From sequence record MH252123.1: a DNA stretch of 64,000 nt. One strand, 5' to 3'. Below the pieces are notes generated by a model. It made no database searches. It worked only from the letters and a program-made list of their open reading frames with translations, and was not told where the DNA came from. The position numbers and the translations under genes were made by a program. Below are positions 17,662-27,189 of the stretch, piece by piece (position 1 is the stretch's first letter; the number at the start of each line of letters is the position of its first letter). The stretch comes from Klebsiella phage ZCKP1.

Positions 17662-17988
17662 TTACCAGACATGTTGAGAAATAATAGTTTCCGTTTTAAT
17701 GTTATATTTTTCAAGTAGCTCTGCATAGGCTTCTTTTGCATTCTCATTTACTTGCTCAAGATCTACAGCTACGCTTCCTTCTCCGCCTTCTAAATAAATA
17801 CCATATATGCAATAAGACTCATCAGCATCGTAGAAAGGAGAGATGCGACTTAAGTCAAGACCTTCTTGTAAGAACCAGTTAAAATCTCCATCAAATTCTT
17901 CTTCAATTCTAGGGTCTTCTCCTACAGCCTCTTCCCATTTATTAAAAGGTGCACCCTGTAACATACGCCATTCGATATCAATACCCAT
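17662..17988 (-). CDS. hypothetical protein (108 aa)
   Basis: ORF. Confidence 0.45.
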   Translation of the reverse strand: MGIDIEWRMLQGAPFNKWEEAVGEDPRIEEEFDGDFNWFLQEGLDLSRISPFYDADESYCIYGIYLEGGEGSVAVDLEQVNENAKEAYAELLEKYNIKTETIISQHVW

Positions 17989-18277
17989 TTTTCATCTCCT
18001 CCTCTTCTTGAGCAGCTTTAATAATTGCTTCATAAATATCGTAAGCAATGCCTCCACAACATCTAGCTTCGAAAGCTATTGCTTCTGCAATGTGATCTGT
18101 TAATTCTCGTGGAATACGGACATACTCTTTTTCATTCTCCATCTTCCACCTCTTCTTTTTCAAAGACTACTACTCGTCCCTCACCATGACAATTCAGGCA
18201 AGGAAATGTTACCATAATTTCCACTTCCATCTGTCCAGTCCCACCGCACACAGGACAAAAAATAAGTTTTTCAGCCA

Positions 18278-18487
18278 TTATTCCTCCTTAATTATTTCAA
18301 ACTTGGCAACACCATTTACAATAATATGACCACAAGACATAACTCCTAACCAAGGATCGCCGTTTTTCTTCAGGCGTTTACCGAATACATCACAAAAACC
18401 ATTCTTCATTTCGGAGGCTTCATAAGAAGCCCCTTTGTCAAAAACGTCTTTGAATGTGTCGATTATACCAACACATCTCAAAATCAT
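18278..18487 (-). CDS. hypothetical protein (69 aa)
   Basis: ORF. Confidence 0.4.
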   Translation of the reverse strand: MILRCVGIIDTFKDVFDKGASYEASEMKNGFCDVFGKRLKKNGDPWLGVMSCGHIIVNGVAKFEIIKEE

Positions 18488-19572
18488 TAGAAGTCAAGCT
18501 CCTCATCATCAGAGAGATCTTTGTTAGCTGAATTCAATTTGTAATTAGTTAACTGAATCTCTTGGGCTGCTGACTGAATCAAATCAGGATTCAACCATTT
18601 TTCCATCCAAGCTAAAGGACTATGTTTAGGTGCTTTAAACTTGGCTTTCATTTTCAATCGACGATAAATAGGAGCAGCATTGAAATAAACCCACTGTTTA
18701 GACAATTCGGCGTTAAGACCTACAATAAAACGACCTTCACTAAACAGGTAGTCACACCACTGTTCCTCTTGTTCAACAACAGTGTCGAGGATCAAAGTCA
18801 ACTCTTCAATATTGTCTTCGTAAATTTTACGCCAAATTGGGTCATGCATCAATGCATCAATTACAGCATAATCCATCTTAACATGCAAGATTTCATCTAG
18901 CATAATTTTCTGGATCAGTTTACAAGCCCCAACAAACAGTTGTTGTTCTGCCATAGCAAAAGTAGCAGAGAAGGAAGATATAAACTGAATACCTTCTAAT
19001 CCAATCAGGGCTACCATCCCTTTAAGAATCAGCAATCGAAGTTCATCGTTAGCTTCAATCAATCCTAGAGCATACTTATGACCAGCTTCTTCCAACTGAC
19101 CCATGATATCAGCAATGATACCCATACGATTGAAAATTTTATCATTAATCATAATCTGATTGATGACTTCAATTGGATCTGGAGTACATTGACGGATTAT
19201 TTCAGAATACGTTAACGCATGGAGAACTTCCATTTCACTCTGCTTCATCATCATAGCACAGGCTTCATTGTTACTCAAGAATGGAGAGAACAAAGTGATG
19301 ATTGATTTTGCAAGAGAATCATTTTCCCATTGGAACGATAAGTTTTTAATCATAACATCATAGTTGTTTTTAGAACAAGCTACGAAATCTTTACGTGTCT
19401 GATCCAGATTAACTTCGTTTTCATCCCAATCTTGTGCTTTTTGAAGTTTGTAGAGTTTGTGCATTTCTGGATAAGTTACGTTAACAGAATCAAAGATCCC
19501 TAATTGCTCCCCCAAAAATACTGGATATTTTCCTGTTTTGTAAACTTCATTGTGTAAATTAATTGCTGCCAT
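18487..19572 (-). CDS. nrdB: ribonucleotide reductase class I beta subunit
   Basis: 361 aa; di-iron/tyrosyl-radical R2-like sequence; lies downstream of nrdA. Confidence 0.85.
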   Translation of the reverse strand: MAAINLHNEVYKTGKYPVFLGEQLGIFDSVNVTYPEMHKLYKLQKAQDWDENEVNLDQTRKDFVACSKNNYDVMIKNLSFQWENDSLAKSIITLFSPFLSNNEACAMMMKQSEMEVLHALTYSEIIRQCTPDPIEVINQIMINDKIFNRMGIIADIMGQLEEAGHKYALGLIEANDELRLLILKGMVALIGLEGIQFISSFSATFAMAEQQLFVGACKLIQKIMLDEILHVKMDYAVIDALMHDPIWRKIYEDNIEELTLILDTVVEQEEQWCDYLFSEGRFIVGLNAELSKQWVYFNAAPIYRRLKMKAKFKAPKHSPLAWMEKWLNPDLIQSAAQEIQLTNYKLNSANKDLSDDEELDF

Positions 19573-19903
19573 TTAAATCCTCCACTATTTCGCAAAAACC
19601 TCTTAAGTTTAAAATATCATGTTCCTCAACACCGTTAGTCCGGTAGAAACCTTCTAATGCTTGCCATACGCTTCTGCCAAGTATAACAGTCACTGTTTCT
19701 TCACTTCTTGCTCTTGTTATTGCGTAAGCCGTAGCTTCTGGATAAAAAGATTCCCAAATCTGCATGTTAGCTATTTCAAGTCCACCAAGATAATGGTGAC
19801 ACCAGGTAGGGGTAAAATCTTCAGGGCGAATCAACAGAGGCTTAAACCCAGGTCGGTAGATTGGGGTTACTCCAGGTAAAACTATAAGTGTGCTCATAAT
19901 CAC
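19559..19903 (-). CDS. hypothetical protein (114 aa) between nrdA and nrdB
   Basis: RBS gaggagtgatt ATG. Confidence 0.5.
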   Translation of the reverse strand: MIMSTLIVLPGVTPIYRPGFKPLLIRPEDFTPTWCHHYLGGLEIANMQIWESFYPEATAYAITRARSEETVTVILGRSVWQALEGFYRTNGVEEHDILNLRGFCEIVEDLNGSN

Positions 19904-19911
19904 TCCTCAAT

Positions 19912-19937
19912 AAAAAGGGGCCGAAGCCCCTGTATTG
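19912..19937 (-). terminator. terminator hairpin GGGGCTTCGGCCCC + TTTTTATT (minus sense) after nrdA
   Basis: third copy of the GGGGCCGAAGCCCC hairpin. Confidence 0.55.
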
Positions 19938-20105
19938 TTAGCCTCGGAATACTGTTTTTGTTTCTGCCAGATTGTAATAGAAATCCGACTTGTTTACAAG
20001 TGTTTTGTAAACATCCTTACAAAAATGATCTTCCTGTTTGTAACGTTCCGCTGTCTCTTTGGAGGACGGTAACTTTACGTTTACCCTTCTTCATCTGTTC
20101 TCCTA

Positions 20106-22349
20106 CTACATTTTACAGGCACTACACCCTTCGTCTTCAGAATCTTCTTGTGCTAAAGAATCTGCTGATTTCGTTCTACTATTAAGATAATACAACGACT
20201 TGCCACCCAATCTAGCAAAATTCAGAATAAACTGCATCTCGGCTTTCACTGATAAACGTCCACCTACCAATTTAGAATAATCTAGCCAAGAATCACAAGA
20301 AATTCCTTGGTCCGTAAACTTGGTAAAGATACCATACATTTCTGCAAGATCTTTAGCCGGAGTATCCCAGGCGGATTGGTAGAACATTTTCAGTTTTTCG
20401 TAGTCTGGAACAATAAATAATACACTACCTTTCTGACTTTGTTTATACATAATAGTATCACGAACAGGGTACAGAGAGTTAGTAGTATTGCTTACCAAAC
20501 TGCTGGACTCATTAGGTGCAATAGCAGCCAAGACACTGTTACGGATACCACCTTGTTCAATGATTTCAGCACGTAAGCCTTCCCAGTCCATTTTAAGATC
20601 AAAATTACCGATACTATCTACTGTTTTAGCATAAGTGTCAATTGGTAGCCAACCTTGAGGCCATTTGGTCTTATCGATCCATTCCGCATTACCTTTTTCC
20701 TTAGCCAGACGCAGAGAGGCTTTTGCCAACCAGAAGTAATGACGTTCTGCAAGTTCATGCATTAATTTTTTAGCATAAGCATCTGAATAATTTACAAAAT
20801 TACTTGCCAAGTAATGCGCTAAGTTTGTAATGCCTACACCAATAGATCTACGTGCTTTAGCAGTTATTTCGTTATGTTTAAATGGATAATCCATTGTTTC
20901 AATAACGTTGTCAATTGTCAATACGGTGTAGTATGCAACATCCTCATATTCTTCAGGTAAGACACGACCAGCAACAATAGAAGATAAGAAGCATAAAGCC
21001 AATTCTTGATCTTCTGTATTCTCACCAGTAAAGAGATCCGGCATACTGTGGAAAGCTTTAGTTGGTAAGAAGATCTCTTGACACAGGTTTGATTGATACA
21101 CCGTATCCAGGAAAGGTGTATGGTTGTTAACGTTGTCAGCAAAGAACATGTAAATACGTCCTGTTTCTGCACGTTGAACAATAATCTCTGTCAGAAGATC
21201 ACGAGCCTTAACAAATTTTTTCTTAATGCGTCGTCTGCTTACTTTGTCATAAACTGCATCAAACTCTTCTTCACTTTTATATAAAGCTTCATAAAGTTCA
21301 GGAGCATCATCACAACTAACTAACATCCAGTCTTCGTTTTTTGCTGCTCGACGCAAGAACGAACGGTTAACAACAATAGAATAATCTAGTTTGTCCACTC
21401 GTTTATCTATAGGTGTTGTTGGATTCTTCAGTCGAATCAGATCGTCGAAGTCTGGTTCAAGTATGGTAAAGGTAACTGTAGCACTACCTCCACGGCTTGC
21501 TTGCTTTGAAGCTCCAACGCTATCTTCCATCCATTTCAGATACGGAAGAAGACCACCGTGAATAATACGATTATTCTTAACACCTTGACCTGTGGCACGA
21601 GTTTGAAGATTAACACCAATACCTGCGTTATTCAACGTATACTCATGAGCTAAGTAATTAGCAATGGCTAAAGACTCTGCCGTATCGTCTGCACGGAATA
21701 AACAACAAGACGCACTTCCTTTGATTGGAGTTCGTAGAGTTGTCAGATATGGCGATGGCAGATTAATCTTAAGATCGCTAACATAAGTATAAAGTTTTTT
21801 AATATCTTCTATACGGCGTTCTTTTGGTTGGATCTCCATAACCTTCATTGCGATACCAATGAAAAGAAACTGTGGAGACTCATGCACCACATCGTTTACT
21901 GCATCTCGAATAAGATATTTATCTACCATCTGACGTAAAACAGAATAACCATAAGTTAGATTTTTATTATGCTTTACAATCTTACCGATTTCTTTGATCT
22001 CTTCATCAGTATAATCCATTTTAGCCCAATGTCCACGTTCTACCATATCATGATAAAAGGTATTCAGTGAAGGGATACTGTGGTATCCCCCATGAGCCTG
22101 TTTGTAAATCATACCCAGAAGAAGTCTTCCTGCCATATCACTGTAAGCTTGTGTTTTCTTGTCAATACACGCTGCAATCATTGCTTTATGCAGATCACGT
22201 GTAGACACACCGTCATAACACCGCTTCACAGCTTCTAATTCAATTTCGGACCAGTTTAGTTTACCTGCTGCAAATTCAGACCACTTGCGAAGTTTTTCTG
22301 GATTAAACTCCTCTGTCTTACCGTTAGATTTAGTTACAAAACGAATCAA
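20106..22349 (-). CDS. nrdA: ribonucleotide reductase class I alpha subunit
   Basis: 747 aa; N-terminal ATP-cone (VTKSNGKTEEFNPEKL); C-terminal CSAC redox pair. Confidence 0.85.
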   Translation of the reverse strand: MIRFVTKSNGKTEEFNPEKLRKWSEFAAGKLNWSEIELEAVKRCYDGVSTRDLHKAMIAACIDKKTQAYSDMAGRLLLGMIYKQAHGGYHSIPSLNTFYHDMVERGHWAKMDYTDEEIKEIGKIVKHNKNLTYGYSVLRQMVDKYLIRDAVNDVVHESPQFLFIGIAMKVMEIQPKERRIEDIKKLYTYVSDLKINLPSPYLTTLRTPIKGSASCCLFRADDTAESLAIANYLAHEYTLNNAGIGVNLQTRATGQGVKNNRIIHGGLLPYLKWMEDSVGASKQASRGGSATVTFTILEPDFDDLIRLKNPTTPIDKRVDKLDYSIVVNRSFLRRAAKNEDWMLVSCDDAPELYEALYKSEEEFDAVYDKVSRRRIKKKFVKARDLLTEIIVQRAETGRIYMFFADNVNNHTPFLDTVYQSNLCQEIFLPTKAFHSMPDLFTGENTEDQELALCFLSSIVAGRVLPEEYEDVAYYTVLTIDNVIETMDYPFKHNEITAKARRSIGVGITNLAHYLASNFVNYSDAYAKKLMHELAERHYFWLAKASLRLAKEKGNAEWIDKTKWPQGWLPIDTYAKTVDSIGNFDLKMDWEGLRAEIIEQGGIRNSVLAAIAPNESSSLVSNTTNSLYPVRDTIMYKQSQKGSVLFIVPDYEKLKMFYQSAWDTPAKDLAEMYGIFTKFTDQGISCDSWLDYSKLVGGRLSVKAEMQFILNFARLGGKSLYYLNSRTKSADSLAQEDSEDEGCSACKM

Positions 22350-22365
22350 CTTTTCCTCCCTATTA

Positions 22366-22608
22366 TTAATGCATATTCAAAACATCTACATCATAACCGA
22401 ACTTCATTTCATTAAAAAGTCCATTAGCATATAGAAAACCTTCAAAATGAGTTATGTCATCAAACCCTTTTGCTTTTGCTCGACGGTCTGCTTCTTGTCT
22501 TTTAGGAGATAAACGTTTTGAAGTGTCTAGAATTACAGTTACATTACAACCAACAGTTTCATCAAAATAGACTTCGATTTCACAGCCTTCATATTTATTA
22601 TCAGTCAT
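22366..22608 (-). CDS. hypothetical protein (~80 aa)
   Basis: ORF; internal ATG chosen. Confidence 0.4.
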   Translation of the reverse strand: MTDNKYEGCEIEVYFDETVGCNVTVILDTSKRLSPKRQEADRRAKAKGFDDITHFEGFLYANGLFNEMKFGYDVDVLNMH

Positions 22609-22616
22609 TGTCCCTC

Positions 22617-23030
22617 TCATTGATTAGTATCATCTGCTTTCGCAGGATCATAAGAGTTACCGAAATCATCCATCTTAATATGTGACGCACCCCAACCTGT
22701 AAATTCTTCATCACCAAAATGAAAAATATCATTTTCTTGGTAGATTCGTTTAAAACCACAATTAGGTGAAACAGGGAAAGTGAAAAGCGTTGTATTTGCA
22801 AACACTACTCGCTTATCGTTATTGCTTCGGATATTCACATTACGCTCAACAGAATAGTGTGAATCTTCAGCCATACCCAGCATTACAAGCGACGCTCTAA
22901 TAACAGCATTTTGTTTCTCGTGTGGGATATCGCCATTGTGTTTATTTGATTCTAGTTTCCAGATAGGGGTAGACATTACAGTAGACATGCTTACGGTAGC
23001 CCAAGTTGTAGTATTTACTAATGACATATT
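22617..23030 (-). CDS. hypothetical protein (~137 aa)
   Basis: start at ATG 23030 after gaaggagaaaat, downstream of hairpin 23049-23068. Confidence 0.45.
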   Translation of the reverse strand, partial: NMSLVNTTTWATVSMSTVMSTPIWKLESNKHNGDIPHEKQNAVIRASLVMLGMAEDSHYSVERNVNIRSNNDKRVVFANTTLFTFPVSPNCGFKRIYQENDIFHFGDEEFTGWGASHIKMDDFGNSYDPAKADDTNQ

Positions 23031-23125
23031 TTCTCCTTCATTTTGAATGGGAGGACTCACCTCCTCCCAGTATTGTGCTATATTATACTAAAACTAATAC
23101 TAAAGTCAATAACTATTTAAACAGA

Positions 23126-24124
23126 TCACCATTTAGTATGATTTGTTAAAAGTTGACGATGTTGAATCCAGCCTTTGAAATTGCCAGACCAAAACTTACC
23201 ATTACGATCTACATGGGTAATACCTGGTTCCCAAGAGTTAAAATCCCAAGGAGCATTGATAAACAAATCTTCAAAACAGTTCTCTCCATATTGTTCGCAT
23301 GTTTCTTGCATTGGAGTAGCTTGATGTTCAAACGGAGAAGCATGAACCTTACGCCCAGTCAGCAAACGACCATAGATATCTAAAGCTTTATCTTTAGTTG
23401 CATTTAAACGACGATAGCTAACCTGTGCACAACACGAAGCTGAAATAGCTTTGGCTTCTTCCAAAGTAAGCACAACAACTTCTCCAGATTCATCTTGAAC
23501 GTAGTATCCACCAAAAACAAAATGATCGTCACCTTCTGTGCCAATATTATCGTAGAAATGGTCTACATAAGGTGTGTGCCATTGCCCTGGTTTCAGCACT
23601 TCTGGTGTAGATCCTTCATACTCTTTGTGCATCTCTTTAGCCAAAGCTTCGATAGTAGGATCAGCTTCTTTGTCATCACGTAGCCACCAGAAATTTTCAT
23701 ATTCTGTTGCTGTCAGAACTGTTTTAATTCGTTGGAAAGGTTCCAGAAGACGGTTTGCAACTTGTTTGTGGTACCCTGCCAAAGAGAATTCTTCTGCAAA
23801 ACGTGCTGCACTAAGCGCGGCAAGATCCCACCACTCTTGAGCAGTATAACCTGCATCAATAAGAGCGTCATGATCAACACCTTTATCCTGCATACCAGGT
23901 TGGTTAGCCCCAAAACGATAAGGACGAGCAGGTTGATTTCGCACCATTTCAATCAGTGTTTTAACAGGTATAGCACGGCTAGAAGCAGCATTACGACTGA
24001 ACAGGCGGTGAGTCATTAATTCTGAATGAATAATACGTGGATATTCTAGTTCAAAAGTTACAATCTCTTTTCCGTCTTCAGTGATGGAATGCGCAATAAT
24101 ACTAGCCGAAATCTGTTTTGTCAT
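23126..24124 (-). CDS. thyX: flavin-dependent thymidylate synthase ThyX
   Basis: ThyX signature THRLFSRNAASSRAIP (RHRxxxxxxxS); 332 aa. Confidence 0.8.
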   Translation of the reverse strand: MTKQISASIIAHSITEDGKEIVTFELEYPRIIHSELMTHRLFSRNAASSRAIPVKTLIEMVRNQPARPYRFGANQPGMQDKGVDHDALIDAGYTAQEWWDLAALSAARFAEEFSLAGYHKQVANRLLEPFQRIKTVLTATEYENFWWLRDDKEADPTIEALAKEMHKEYEGSTPEVLKPGQWHTPYVDHFYDNIGTEGDDHFVFGGYYVQDESGEVVVLTLEEAKAISASCCAQVSYRRLNATKDKALDIYGRLLTGRKVHASPFEHQATPMQETCEQYGENCFEDLFINAPWDFNSWEPGITHVDRNGKFWSGNFKGWIQHRQLLTNHTKW

Positions 24125-24133
24125 TTTTTCTCC

Positions 24134-24742
24134 TTAGTTTTTAAAATTGTTCAAAGTGTTAAAAACATCCAAACATGTTAGCCACTGATCTTTTAAACCT
24201 GTGATCACAACATTTGGTTTTTTCTTTAGTTCTTCTAGATGGTTATCTTTATAAGGCGTATTAAAATATATTTTAACCACTTCGTCTGGAAAATATAGTA
24301 GGTTATCAGCCCTGTCATCTATTGCTATATCACAAGGCAATAAGTATTTTTCTTTCGTAGCAAAAAAGCCGTTACCAGATCCTTTGCTAAAATCAATCGT
24401 ATCTAACGTTCTTAAAACATGCTTATGTTTAGAACTTAAGTGACCACCTTTTGTCACACTTGCGATCAAAAGATTGCTACCTTTCCTTGAAACATACTTT
24501 AAGAAATCTGGCATACCTGGAACAAAACCCATTGTATCATAGAGATGAGGATTATCCAGAAATCCGTAAGGATCTATATTGAACTCCTCCCTGAAACCAG
24601 GAAAGTAGTTGGTAAGATCATAGTCTGCATTTTTTGTGAATGTGTCTATCTTAACACCAAGTCCACTAATCTTATTCAACCATTCTAACCAAGCAACATC
24701 TAATGGAGCCACAACTAAATCCCAATCACATACTATCTGCAT
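24134..24742 (-). CDS. HAD-superfamily 5'(3')-deoxyribonucleotidase-like hydrolase
   Basis: N-terminal CDWDLVV (DxDxV) and IAIDDRADN motifs. Confidence 0.45.
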   Translation of the reverse strand: MQIVCDWDLVVAPLDVAWLEWLNKISGLGVKIDTFTKNADYDLTNYFPGFREEFNIDPYGFLDNPHLYDTMGFVPGMPDFLKYVSRKGSNLLIASVTKGGHLSSKHKHVLRTLDTIDFSKGSGNGFFATKEKYLLPCDIAIDDRADNLLYFPDEVVKIYFNTPYKDNHLEELKKKPNVVITGLKDQWLTCLDVFNTLNNFKN

Positions 24743-24778
24743 AAAACCTCCTCTCTCTTTTAGTATAGTTATCTTATA

Positions 24779-25333
24779 CTAACTTTCAATTTCCTGCAAT
24801 AGGATTTTGACTATTTGTTTACGGCGTTTTGCTACTGTGCTTTCAGGTTCTATTTTACGCTTCTTCAGCCACGCTTTATCTTTCTTAGCTCTACACAAAG
24901 CTATCGCTTCTTTTTCAGCTTTTGCTTCTTCAAAAGATATGCCTTGCTTGTCTGCATAAGCAAGAATAGAGTTGCACAATTTACAAACCATTCGCAAATC
25001 TTCTTCTTTCACATAGATCAAACGGAAAACAAAAAGGGGAATATCCTCAAAACATTGAAGTTGTTTTGCTGCGTGAATATGATCCACTTGGAAGTCTTTC
25101 ATTCCTCCTCTGTGTCCACATATTTCGCACTCACAATTCCAAACTTGTTTTGGTTTTCCAGTTTTCTTGTCTATCATCACATTGCCGTCTTTATCTACAC
25201 GATCAACTTTAAAACGCCTTGCATTGATAACCTTAATTTTATTAGGGTGTCTCATCCATGCTTTTCTAAAACATCCCCTAAGATAAGTATAAAATTCAGC
25301 TTGTGTTTTCCAGGGTGTTCCTTCACCCCACAT
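24779..25333 (-). CDS. HNH-family homing endonuclease-like protein
   Basis: CECEICG...DHIHA...CKLCN Cys/His cluster; free-standing gene between metabolic genes. Confidence 0.5.
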   Translation of the reverse strand: MWGEGTPWKTQAEFYTYLRGCFRKAWMRHPNKIKVINARRFKVDRVDKDGNVMIDKKTGKPKQVWNCECEICGHRGGMKDFQVDHIHAAKQLQCFEDIPLFVFRLIYVKEEDLRMVCKLCNSILAYADKQGISFEEAKAEKEAIALCRAKKDKAWLKKRKIEPESTVAKRRKQIVKILLQEIES

Positions 25334-25416
25334 TATTTTTGGTTCACCTGCCAATATTGCTCACCTTTTTAGCTGTATATTCCCCTGGTGGGATATTGTG
25401 TTTAAAAAACAAAAGG

Positions 25417-25445
25417 CGGTCTAACCCCGCCTTGCACATTGTTTC
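25417..25445 (-). terminator. terminator AAGGCGGGGTTAGACCGCCTT + TTTTGTTTTTT (minus sense)
   Basis: hairpin plus T-run. Confidence 0.55.
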
Positions 25446-25521
25446 TGGAATAGTCAAAGTTAGTAAAAGTTTATCACCTTTTCGGTTGAATATTTTATAA
25501 ACTTCTCCTGCTCCATATTGT

Positions 25522-25923
25522 TTAGTATTGCTCGCCACTAATACGTTCCTTAAGTTGTTTAATAGCTTCGATTGCATCTACATAAGAAGAGTTATACATG
25601 TGTTTCAGTGCCACTCGTATTAAAGGATCTTTTGTGAAGAAATCAATAAGAAGCATAGCTTGATCATGTTTAGCTGCATTTGTCATAGATGGATAATTTT
25701 CACGAACCATATACGTGTTATTTTGCATAAGGGTTCTTTCTAGTTCAATACAATGGATAGCTTTATCTAGGTTAATCTGACGTTCACCTTTAATACGTGT
25801 TGCGTATTTTGCCAATTTGCAAAAACAAGGTGTGCCACCAACCAAATAAGCTAGTTCAATAGGTTGCATTGCCATTTTTGTGTAGTGATCACCGTCAACC
25901 TGATTATCAAAAGCATTAGACAT
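25522..25923 (-). CDS. DUF3310-like phage protein
   Basis: DGDHYT...KYATRIKGE...DKAIHCIELE pattern typical of DUF3310 proteins near phage nucleotide genes. Confidence 0.4.
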   Translation of the reverse strand: MSNAFDNQVDGDHYTKMAMQPIELAYLVGGTPCFCKLAKYATRIKGERQINLDKAIHCIELERTLMQNNTYMVRENYPSMTNAAKHDQAMLLIDFFTKDPLIRVALKHMYNSSYVDAIEAIKQLKERISGEQY

Positions 25924-26179
25924 AATTTTCCTCCTGAATTCCTACTGCGCCTTCTTCTGGGTAGTCTGTATAATAAGCTACTCTACCTTGATAGATAACA
26001 TCACCATCGTCATTGTAGATTGCTGTATCTTCTTGAATTGTTATTTCAACGTCAAGTAAATCTGGGTCTTTCTCGATGGTATAGTTCAAACCTAACATTT
26101 CAAACAGTTCGAAAATTTCGTTACCTGTTAATGTAATGCTCATATTTCCTCCTTTTATTGTGGTTAGCAGAGTATACAC
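25916..26179 (-). CDS. hypothetical protein (87 aa)
   Basis: ORF. Confidence 0.45.
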   Translation of the reverse strand: MYTLLTTIKGGNMSITLTGNEIFELFEMLGLNYTIEKDPDLLDVEITIQEDTAIYNDDGDVIYQGRVAYYTDYPEEGAVGIQEENYV

Positions 26180-26229
26180 TAATATAAAATTTTTGTCAAT
26201 AAAAAAGGGAGCAATAAGCTCCCTGATTA

Positions 26230-27189
26230 TTAGATTCCAATGATAGTTGCTGCTCGTTTATCCTTGGATCTGGTGTTTGCTCTACTACGTGACAAACCTC
26301 CGCAAGATTCACAACGAATGATATCGAAAGAACTTACCGCAGTGTGGTATTGTTTACCAGTAACAACGTGAACGTGATCACTGCCACAACGAGAACAACG
26401 GACCTTCTCATCTGGGTAATAAGCGGATAAGTTAGGATGCTGTGGAATCCACGGAAGGATTTTCATATACAAATCACGGAGTGAAACAACATCGCCATCA
26501 TTGTAAATCTGCATACGTTCAAAAGCATCACGATCACCTTCACAACATGCTTTCCATAAAGGGAACCCCTCGTTATCCAGTTTTTCACTTTCTGTTTCGA
26601 AATATGCTCCCATTTCTTTAAGGGAGTTGGAAGGAAGTGCAAATTGTTTCTTAGCTGCCTTCAATGTATCAACAACTACATAATTAGAAGGAGGAGCCAT
26701 ATCGTGATATGCAAATCGTTGGTTAATGTATGCACGGTCAAACTTATATCCGTTGTGTGCCACAACTACATCTGCCTCATTCAGAAGGTTCCAAAGATCT
26801 TGGCAAAGCTCCCAATCATCTGTATGATCAATATCAAAAAGAGGATAAGAAGACAAGTTCTTACCTTCCACTTCACCAGTATACAGGTCAGCAGAAGAGT
26901 AAGATAACAAATAACCTCTGCGAATTACCTGGTCTGGAGAAATAAAGGCTTTGAATCGACGGAAAGTATATGCAATCTCTGGTGCAGTTTCAACATCAAT
27001 AATTTTAATAACTGGTTGTTTCTTTTTAACGGGTTCTTGTTTACTTCCACTGAAACGTGCAAGGAAATCATTTACTGTGCTTTTTCTTGTTGGGCTACCT
27101 AAAACAATTGCTGCAATATTTCGAGAAGACATACCCTCTGCACTCATACTAAGGATATCTGCTTTCTGCTCTTCTGTTAATCTGCTCAC
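26230..27189 (-). CDS. DEDDh 3'-5' exonuclease-domain protein with N-terminal HTH and C-terminal Cys4 ribbon
   Basis: IIDVETAP (Exo I) and HNGYKFDRAYI (Exo III, DEDDh); CSRCG...CESCGG. Confidence 0.6.
   Translation of the reverse strand: MSRLTEEQKADILSMSAEGMSSRNIAAIVLGSPTRKSTVNDFLARFSGSKQEPVKKKQPVIKIIDVETAPEIAYTFRRFKAFISPDQVIRRGYLLSYSSADLYTGEVEGKNLSSYPLFDIDHTDDWELCQDLWNLLNEADVVVAHNGYKFDRAYINQRFAYHDMAPPSNYVVVDTLKAAKKQFALPSNSLKEMGAYFETESEKLDNEGFPLWKACCEGDRDAFERMQIYNDGDVVSLRDLYMKILPWIPQHPNLSAYYPDEKVRCSRCGSDHVHVVTGKQYHTAVSSFDIIRCESCGGLSRSRANTRSKDKRAATIIGI

Noticed and set aside
20106-22349. Possibility that the 747-aa reductase is an anaerobic class III NrdD
   Set aside because: N-terminal ATP cone, C-terminal CSAC pair and the adjacent 361-aa NrdB-like gene indicate class I NrdA; no glycyl-radical motif seen.
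24815-25372. 185-aa plus-strand ORF opposite the HNH endonuclease gene
   Set aside because: Phe-rich antisense artifact of an AT/AAA-rich gene; HNH motifs lie on the minus strand.
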